In this document: in pieces, positions 1 through 4,203 of the stretch
Numbering within the stretch: position 1 is the first letter of the stretch
Layout: each line of letters starts with the position of its first letter
DNA from: a virus
Lineage: Duplodnaviria > Heunggongvirae > Uroviricota > Caudoviricetes
Reading direction: 5' to 3' (one strand)
IMG/VR virus record: IMGVR_UViG_2778261463_000018
DNA length: 6,829 nucleotides
Notes under the pieces: model-generated
The model's database searches: none
What the model saw: only the letters and a program-made list of their open reading frames with translations
Told to the model about the DNA's origin: nothing
Translations under genes and position numbers: made by a program

Positions 1-1230
1 ATGCGCAGAGCACTTAACAAACTGAGCGATACACAGCTAAGGAAAATCAACGGCACACCCGCCCAAAAAACAGCCTTTCTTAATGACGGTGGAAACCTGA
101 CCGTCAGGCATTCAACCAGCGGCCTTTTAACCTGGTATTTCACTTACAGGGCCGGAACGGGAAGGGGCGCACCACCGGAACGCATTAAGCTGGGAAATTA
201 TCCTGATCTGAGCCTGAAATCAGCCAGGGAAAAAGCCGCCCAGTGTCGCGCATGGCTGGCTGAGGGGAAAAATCCACGTCATGAGATGAATTACACCGTA
301 CAGGAAGCGTTAAAGCCTGTAACGGTTGGCGATGCGCTCACCTACTGGCTTGAGTCGTACGCAAAGGAAAACCGTGTGGATTATGACCCACTGAAAAAGC
401 GGCTAAATAATCACGTAATACAGCACATTGGCCCTATGCCGCTGGATAAATGCGAGCTACGGCACTGGCTGGCCTGTTTTGATCGGGTGGCAAAGCAAGC
501 CCCTGTTTCCGCCGGGTTCCTGCTACAGACATGCAAACAGGCGCTTAAGTTCTGCCGGAAGCGGCGCTATGCAATCAGCAACGTTCTTGATGATATGAGT
601 GTGGCTGACGTTGGGAAAAAACCGGATATAAGTCAGCGTGTCTTAAGTAACAAAGAACTTGGCGAATTATTGCAGGCACTGGACAAAAAAATATTTTCCC
701 CTTACTACGTCGCGTTAATCCGCCTCCTGATTGTTTTCGGATGCCGGACAGTAGAACTGAGGTTATCGGAGATCGGCGAGTGGGATTTTACCGAAATGCT
801 CTGGACCGTTCCGAAGGAGCACAGCAAAACGAAGGTAGCCATATTCCGGCCCATACCGGAAGCGATACTGCCGTTCGTCACGCAGCTGGTGGAGCAGAAC
901 AGGCACACGGACTTATTGCTGGGGGAAGTGAAACAGGAAACCAGCGTGTCGCAGTACGGCAGATTAGTGCACAGGAGGCTTAAACACCCTCACTGGTCAC
1001 TGCATGACATCCGGCGCACCTTTACAACGATGCTGAACGATTTAGGCGTGGATCCTCACGTCGTGGAGCAGCTTACAGGCCACCAGATGCCAGGAATGCA
1101 GCGAGTTTATAATCATTCCCGTTATCTGGATGCGAAACGCAATGCGCTGGATATGTGGGTGGAGCGGTTGGAGATACTGGCGGGAGCACATGAAAACGTA
1201 ACCACGCTACCAGTAGCCAGAAGAAAATAA
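1..1230 (+). CDS. int: Tyrosine site-specific integrase, P4/CP4-57 IntA-like (409 aa; start at window edge, may extend upstream)
   Basis: Long ORF ending TAA 1228-1230. N-terminal LSDTQLRKI...GGNLTVRHSTSG...YFTYR region typical of P4-family integrase N-terminal domains; C-terminal catalytic signature LHDIRRTF (H-x-x-R) and LTGHQ...VYNHSRY (catalytic Tyr region). Confidence 0.9.
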   Translation: MRRALNKLSDTQLRKINGTPAQKTAFLNDGGNLTVRHSTSGLLTWYFTYRAGTGRGAPPERIKLGNYPDLSLKSAREKAAQCRAWLAEGKNPRHEMNYTVQEALKPVTVGDALTYWLESYAKENRVDYDPLKKRLNNHVIQHIGPMPLDKCELRHWLACFDRVAKQAPVSAGFLLQTCKQALKFCRKRRYAISNVLDDMSVADVGKKPDISQRVLSNKELGELLQALDKKIFSPYYVALIRLLIVFGCRTVELRLSEIGEWDFTEMLWTVPKEHSKTKVAIFRPIPEAILPFVTQLVEQNRHTDLLLGEVKQETSVSQYGRLVHRRLKHPHWSLHDIRRTFTTMLNDLGVDPHVVEQLTGHQMPGMQRVYNHSRYLDAKRNALDMWVERLEILAGAHENVTTLPVARRK

Positions 1231-1247
1231 TTTTTTTCGTGTTTTTT

Positions 1248-1263
1248 CAGTATGCGCATACTG
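1248..1263. promoter_or_regulatory. 16-bp perfect palindrome CAGTATGCGCATACTG just 3' of int
   Basis: Exact self-reverse-complement read directly; preceded by T-runs (1231-1247), not followed by a T-run on either strand, so more like a protein-binding site than an intrinsic terminator. Confidence 0.3.
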
Positions 1264-1286
1264 GATAAGTGCACAGATACAACGGC

Positions 1287-1322
1287 GAACAATGTGAAAC
1301 AACGTGGAACAACCACGAACAA
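1287..1322. repeat. Four direct GAACAA (one GAAACAA) repeats with exact 10-bp phasing
   Basis: GAACAA at 1287, AACAA at 1298, GAACAA at 1307 and 1317; one helical turn apart, typical of arrayed sites for a DNA-bending or recombination-directionality protein. Confidence 0.4.
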
Positions 1323-1417
1323 GAGGCGAAAAAGTATACAGACTTATAAGTTGCTGATTTTTAATGCTCAACTGGTTTTTTATACATTAGCGAATAACGC
1401 TTTAAATAGTGAGAAAA

Positions 1418-1444
1418 AAGGCATAAAACGAGATTTTATGCCTT
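1418..1444. promoter_or_regulatory. Perfect inverted repeat AAGGCATAAAA-cgaga-TTTTATGCCTT (11-bp arms, 5-nt spacer)
   Basis: Read directly. Preceded on + strand by GAGAAAAA, so on the minus strand the hairpin is followed by a U-tract; could be an operator or a minus-strand terminator. Confidence 0.35.
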
Positions 1445-1514
1445 TGCATAACACTGAATTAAAATGTTTTTTATTAAAATCACCCCGTTTCTGTAAAATG
1501 CCCGCCACCAACAT

Positions 1515-1543
1515 TTGCCAACTCTGAATCACCCTGACACAAT
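1515..1543 (+). promoter_or_regulatory. Candidate sigma70 promoter for alpA (TTGCCA-N17-CACAAT with TG at -15/-14)
   Basis: -35 TTGCCA 1515-1520, 17-bp spacer, -10 CACAAT 1538-1543 preceded by TGa (extended -10 like); about 55 nt upstream of the alpA start. Hexamer match is moderate. Confidence 0.25.
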
Positions 1544-1604
1544 CAGACACATACCAACGCAATAGAACACGAAATAACTCTTTAAGAAACGAAAGGGGGC
1601 AATA

Positions 1605-1793
1605 GTGTTAAGCACTGATCGGTTTATACGTGAAAAAGAATGCGAAAAGCTAACAGGCCTTAGCCGCTCATGCCGCTACCGCCTGGAAAAGGCCGGACAA
1701 TTCCCATCACGGCGTAAGCTGGGCGGTCGTTCCGTTGGCTGGTCTTTATCCGAAGTTCTGGCATGGAAGGAAAGCTGCGAGGCAGTTCACTAA
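1605..1793 (+). CDS. alpA: AlpA-family (phage Vis/AlpA-type) HTH transcriptional regulator / excision regulator, 62 aa, GTG start
   Basis: GTG start at 1605 with strong SD AAAGGGGG 1592-1599; sequence CEKLTGLSRSCRYRLEKAGQFPSRRKLGGRSVGWSLSEVLAWKESC fits the AlpA/Vis signature (tGlSrstiyr...FP...lg.r.vgW...ev..W); located directly downstream of int. Confidence 0.85.
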   Translation: MLSTDRFIREKECEKLTGLSRSCRYRLEKAGQFPSRRKLGGRSVGWSLSEVLAWKESCEAVH

Positions 1794-1800
1794 AAAGACT

Positions 1801-1817
1801 GGCGGCACACAGCCGCC
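1801..1817. terminator. GC hairpin GGCGGC-acaca-GCCGCC between alpA stop and the convergent minus-strand units; possible bidirectional terminator
   Basis: 6-bp all-GC stem, 5-nt loop, read directly; on the minus strand it is followed by AGUCUUUUUA; on the plus strand no U-tract follows, so alpA termination here would be weak. Confidence 0.3.
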
Positions 1818-1934
1818 ACCCATCCACTAATACAGAGATTTAACCATGAAGACTGGATATACGCCCGAACAGGGGCGGGGCTTCGTTCGGCCTTGTGAAA
1901 CTGAAAAACAACAAAATCGCGGTTTTTCAGACAT

Positions 1935-1962
1935 AAAAAAAGCGGCCCCGATAAGGAGCCGC
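1935..1962 (-). terminator. Rho-independent terminator (minus strand): GCGGCUCC-uuauc-GGGGCCGC followed by UUUUUUU
   Basis: 8-bp GC-rich stem (one G-U wobble), 5-nt loop, 7-U tract (complement of A-run 1935-1941); read directly. Confidence 0.6.
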
Positions 1963-2008
1963 CTTTCTGAACAATTAACCTACTGCGCAAAAAATGAATA
2001 TGAGCAGT
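1935..2008 (-). ncRNA. Candidate ~70-nt small RNA (promoter-to-terminator unit with no start codon)
   Basis: Bounded by an extended -10 element (TGaTATAAT, + coords 2020-2012) and an intrinsic terminator (1962-1935); the predicted transcript contains no AUG; lies immediately downstream of the terminator of the Arc-like operon, so it is an independent unit. Confidence 0.4.
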
Positions 2009-2011
2009 GGG

Positions 2012-2020
2012 ATTATATCA
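2012..2020 (-). promoter_or_regulatory. Extended -10 promoter element TGaTATAAT (minus strand) for the candidate sRNA
   Basis: Reverse complement of + strand 2011-2020 GATTATATCA reads TGATATAATC: perfect TATAAT with TG at -15/-14. No good -35, which is permissible for extended -10 promoters. Confidence 0.4.
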
Positions 2021-2058
2021 ACCGTGTGGCGAAGCGCCACAATTGCCGGATAACGGGC

Positions 2059-2086
2059 AAAGAAAAGGCCACCTGTCACGGTGGCC
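2059..2086 (-). terminator. Rho-independent terminator of the Arc-like/63-aa operon: GGCCACC-gugaca-GGUGGCC followed by UUUUCUUU
   Basis: 7-bp GC stem, 6-nt loop, U-rich tract (complement of 2059-2066), located 35 nt after the stop of the 63-aa ORF. Confidence 0.55.
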
Positions 2087-2120
2087 AATGTGATCAGTGT
2101 CCTGGCTTGCTGGTGGATTG

Positions 2121-2312
2121 TCAGCCAGGTGGGCGGTTTTTGTTTGCTTTTAAGCGCCGAGGGTATTTCTCGACAAAAGGATCAAGGGCGAACTTATCAG
2201 GAACTTTAAGATTTTCAGTACGGGTTAATGCCTTATTTATTTCCCTGCGGGTTTTCTCACGCTGGCGCATGATAATTGATAATGCTTTATTTTGTAGTTC
2301 CTGGTTATTCAT
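2121..2312 (-). CDS. Hypothetical 63-aa highly charged (K/R/E-rich) protein co-transcribed with the Arc-like repressor
   Basis: ATG at 2312 with SD AGGTGA 5 nt upstream (the track's 66-aa version starts at an upstream GTG with no SD); 57 nt downstream of the Arc-like stop; followed by an intrinsic terminator. No recognisable motif. Confidence 0.5.
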   Translation of the reverse strand: MNNQELQNKALSIIMRQREKTRREINKALTRTENLKVPDKFALDPFVEKYPRRLKANKNRPPG

Positions 2313-2369
2313 AATTATCACCTTTAAAACAATGCGCCGCAGTACCTCACACCACGGCGCTGATAGTTT

Positions 2370-2543
2370 TTATCCTTTGGGTTCTATGCCGCGTTGCTGT
2401 AATTCTTTGCGGAGAACGCGTTTAATCCAAGTGGCTAAAGATGTGTCGCCATCGGCCTTAGCTGCTTCTTCTAGCTGCGCTCTGAAGTCTTCCGGTAATC
2501 GCATTTGGTATGGAGGCGAACGTTTTTCTAATGGTGTTGACAT
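2370..2543 (-). CDS. Arc/MetJ-type ribbon-helix-helix DNA-binding protein, 57 aa (not in ORF track, below length cutoff)
   Basis: Minus-strand ORF MSTPLEKRSPPYQMRLPEDFRAQLEEAAKADGDTSLATWIKRVLRKELQQRGIEPKG: N-terminal arm, beta-strand-like YQMRLPEDF, then two helices, matching the Arc pattern (PQFNLRWPREV...helix A...RSVNSEIYQRV). SD GAAGGG; start codon abuts a palindromic operator. Confidence 0.7.
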   Translation of the reverse strand: MSTPLEKRSPPYQMRLPEDFRAQLEEAAKADGDTSLATWIKRVLRKELQQRGIEPKG

Positions 2544-2555
2544 GGTAATTACCCT
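2542..2555. promoter_or_regulatory. Operator O1: ATGGTAATTACCcT (perfect 10-bp core palindrome GGTAATTACC 2544-2553) overlapping the SD/start codon of the Arc-like gene
   Basis: Read directly; the 14-mer ACATGGTAATTACC at 2540-2553 is repeated exactly at 2570-2583. Confidence 0.55.
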
Positions 2556-2571
2556 TCATTACTATACCTAC

Positions 2572-2585
2572 ATGGTAATTACCAT
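2572..2585. promoter_or_regulatory. Operator O2: ATGGTAATTACCAT, perfect 14-bp palindrome, centre 30 bp from O1
   Basis: Exact self-reverse-complement; three helical turns from O1, suggesting cooperative binding by a dimer/tetramer of an RHH repressor. Confidence 0.55.
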
Positions 2586-2611
2586 TGTACTTGCCATTAC
2601 ACAAAAATCAA
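2584..2611 (-). promoter_or_regulatory. Candidate sigma70 promoter of the Arc-like operon (TTGATT-N16-TACAAT on minus strand)
   Basis: -35 TTGATT (+ coords 2611-2606), 16-bp spacer, -10 TACAAT (2589-2584); -10 overlaps operator O2 and the predicted start site falls inside it, as expected for autorepression. Confidence 0.35.
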
Positions 2612-2644
2612 CGCCCCGCAGTGCTGGGAACACATACGGGGCGT
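2611..2644. promoter_or_regulatory. Stem-loop ACGCCCCG-(18 nt)-CGGGGCGT between the operator/promoter region and the first plus-strand operon gene
   Basis: 8-bp GC-rich inverted repeat read directly; on the minus strand it is followed by UGAUUUUUGUG (terminator-like insulator); on the plus strand it would sit in the operon leader. Loop is large, so uncertain. Confidence 0.25.
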
Positions 2645-2673
2645 CTAACCAACAACGTAAACTAGGAGCCGTT

Positions 2674-2871
2674 ATGGTTGCCGTAAATCATATACCACAC
2701 CTTGTACACACACAAACCGCCTTTGTGTGGCGTTTTCTGGCACTGAGTGCCGGAGAATCTCAAATTATCCACGTGACCGCCTGGACAGAACGCGAAGCGC
2801 GTAACCGTTGCCCGTCCGGTTGTGTCGCTGTATTCGCCGCCCGTATTCGTCAGGAGGTGTGCCATGATTAA
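2674..2871 (+). CDS. Hypothetical protein, 65 aa (first gene of plus-strand operon)
   Basis: ATG 2674 with strong SD AGGAG 2664-2668 (5-nt spacing); stop TAA 2869-2871 overlaps the next start. It is the only supported part of the track's 341-aa ORF. Confidence 0.5.
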   Translation: MVAVNHIPHLVHTQTAFVWRFLALSAGESQIIHVTAWTEREARNRCPSGCVAVFAARIRQEVCHD

Positions 2872-3232
2872 CCTGTCACTTACCGATCTTAACCGCGTTC
2901 AGTTTCGTGAGAAATTTACCGGACAGCTACTGGTCAATGTAGAGAATGGACGCGTAGTAAGTAATTATCACCTGCCGGATGGTGCAATTGCCGGAAGCGT
3001 TGAAGCATTGCTGGAACTGGCGGAACGCGCGCGGCTGATGAAACCGTCAACGTGCCATCACGATGATGATCCGCATTTTACCGGGCGCATAGTGAGCCAT
3101 TACGAAAACGGCGTTGAGGTATCCTGCGAACAGCTACGCACTGATTGCTGTTTTGGCACTCTGCCGGAATTTATCGAATTGCTGACCAGTTGCGGATATC
3201 AGGTTATTCAGGGGGTGCGCCATGTGCAATAA
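2864..3232 (+). CDS. Hypothetical protein, 122 aa
   Basis: ATG 2864 with SD AGGAGGTG 2852-2859; the track's start at 2822 is upstream within the previous gene; stop overlaps next start (ATG...TAA at 3222-3232). Confidence 0.6.
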   Translation: MINLSLTDLNRVQFREKFTGQLLVNVENGRVVSNYHLPDGAIAGSVEALLELAERARLMKPSTCHHDDDPHFTGRIVSHYENGVEVSCEQLRTDCCFGTLPEFIELLTSCGYQVIQGVRHVQ

Positions 3233-3461
3233 CCCACGTCCGGACGCAGCCGCCGCCGCGCTCACTACGCTGATGCACGCGCTTATTGATATTTCTGTTA
3301 TTGCAGACATGGCGCATAAGCACGCCACCAGTGAAACAGAATATGCCGGGGCTTTCATTCCTCATTCGCTGGCGGTTATGCAACTTAGTGCTGATATGGC
3401 GCTGAATGAGGCCAAAGCTATCCTGATTGCTGATTGTGAAAATGGTGGGGGTTATGCGTGA
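3222..3461 (+). CDS. Hypothetical protein, 79 aa, Ala-rich
   Basis: ATG 3222 overlapping upstream stop; ends TGA 3459-3461 overlapping next start; coding-like composition; no recognisable motif. Confidence 0.5.
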   Translation: MCNNPRPDAAAAALTTLMHALIDISVIADMAHKHATSETEYAGAFIPHSLAVMQLSADMALNEAKAILIADCENGGGYA

Positions 3462-3675
3462 TGATCGTTTTAATTCCCTGAAACAGGAATTTTCCGGCGT
3501 TCCTGATAATGCGGCTGATGCGCTTTCGTCAATATCTGAAATTATGCGGGTGGCTTTTTTCTTTCTTTGCACTGATGAGCACAGGGATACAGGGCTAAAT
3601 ATTCTTGATATCGCCGCTAACTATGCTGATTTCGTAACGGAAACTGTTTTAAGAAAAACAACGGGTGGGGATTAA
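3454..3675 (+). CDS. Hypothetical protein, 73 aa
   Basis: ATG 3454 preceded by SD GGTGGGGG; the track's upstream TTG start at 3427 lacks an SD; overlaps the previous gene by 8 nt. Confidence 0.5.
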   Translation: MRDDRFNSLKQEFSGVPDNAADALSSISEIMRVAFFFLCTDEHRDTGLNILDIAANYADFVTETVLRKTTGGD

Positions 3676-3676
3676 T

Positions 3677-3910
3677 ATGCGTGATATTTACCTAGAAACA
3701 ATAGACCGCGCATTTAGTGCCATTGTTTACGCTGAAGGTATGTACGAAATATTGCAAATGTATCCAGATACATTTGGCGATAATGAGCGTGATGTAAAGA
3801 ATGCGCGGATTATTAAATCTCTGATAACTCTCCTTGAACCTGTAATAACAGAGTTGCAGGAAATAGACCTATTGCACGACAGATATAAAGAACAGCACAC
3901 CGGAGAATAA
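3677..3910 (+). CDS. Hypothetical protein, 77 aa, acidic
   Basis: ATG 3677 preceded by SD GGGTGGGG (6-nt spacing); the track's start at 3665 is a GTG inside the SD; stop TAA 3908-3910. Confidence 0.5.
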   Translation: MRDIYLETIDRAFSAIVYAEGMYEILQMYPDTFGDNERDVKNARIIKSLITLLEPVITELQEIDLLHDRYKEQHTGE

Positions 3911-3915
3911 AAATA

Positions 3916-4203
3916 ATGAAACTTAAATATTCTGGCTTAACTGCCAGTGGCAAAACTCGCACTAAATTCATGCGCGGCGATATTTACCGCGATAAGTACG
4001 GCGGCACGGTCATGATTAAGGGCGTGGAGGAACGTCGCATCACTTACCGCCGTGATGGCTACGAATATGACTGCGTGATGCCTGTTTATCAGTTCCGGCG
4101 TGATTTCACGCTGGTGGGCCATCGTAAAGCCGTTAATCAGAAACGTGCAGCAATCTATATCCGCAAAATCCGTGAAATGCTGGTCGCAGGGGGTAAAAAA
4201 TGA
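3916..4203 (+). CDS. Hypothetical basic protein, 95 aa (R/K-rich, possibly nucleic-acid binding)
   Basis: ATG 3916; stop TGA 4201-4203 overlaps the ATPase start (ATGA coupling); high Arg/Lys/Tyr content. Confidence 0.55.
   Translation: MKLKYSGLTASGKTRTKFMRGDIYRDKYGGTVMIKGVEERRITYRRDGYEYDCVMPVYQFRRDFTLVGHRKAVNQKRAAIYIRKIREMLVAGGKK

Noticed and set aside
705-983. Short ORFs inside or antisense to the integrase gene (705-908 minus, 741-983 plus; also 1122-1322 minus)
   Set aside because: Fully embedded in the integrase reading frame region; no independent start signals; typical shadow ORFs.
1252-1527. 91-aa plus-strand ORF in the int-alpA intergenic region
   Set aside because: Lies in AT-rich sequence full of repeats and palindromes, no SD, Lys/Asn-rich translation typical of AT-rich non-coding DNA; overlaps the regulatory elements described.
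1790-1990. 66-aa minus-strand ORF spanning the sRNA terminator and hairpin zone
   Set aside because: Spans an intrinsic terminator and GC hairpins, lacks an SD, and would require translation through the terminator; more parsimonious as non-coding.
1801-2130. Possible tRNA/tmRNA or retron msr-msd in the hairpin-rich zone
   Set aside because: No T-loop consensus (GGTTCGAATCC-like) or cloverleaf arrangement; no reverse transcriptase ORF anywhere in the window; hairpins are better explained as terminators and an sRNA.
2746-2770. DnaA-box-like TTATCCACg inside gene 2674-2871
   Set aside because: Single imperfect copy within coding sequence, far from the iteron array; most likely chance.
1846-2871. 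341-aa plus-strand ORF, the longest unassigned ORF in the track
   Set aside because: No SD before its ATG; it runs antisense through the well-supported Arc-like gene and 63-aa gene, across two minus-strand terminators, the sRNA promoter and the operator region; its translation is low-complexity. Only its last 65 codons (2674-2871), which have a strong AGGAG SD, are retained as a gene. The Cys cluster CHGGQCDQC is a by-product of hairpin DNA.
3443-3685. Genes starting at 3454 and 3677 both begin MRD and share a GGTGGGG SD context: tandem duplication?
   Set aside because: Beyond the first three residues and the SD, the two proteins do not align by eye; similarity is confined to the translation-initiation context, so probably coincidental.
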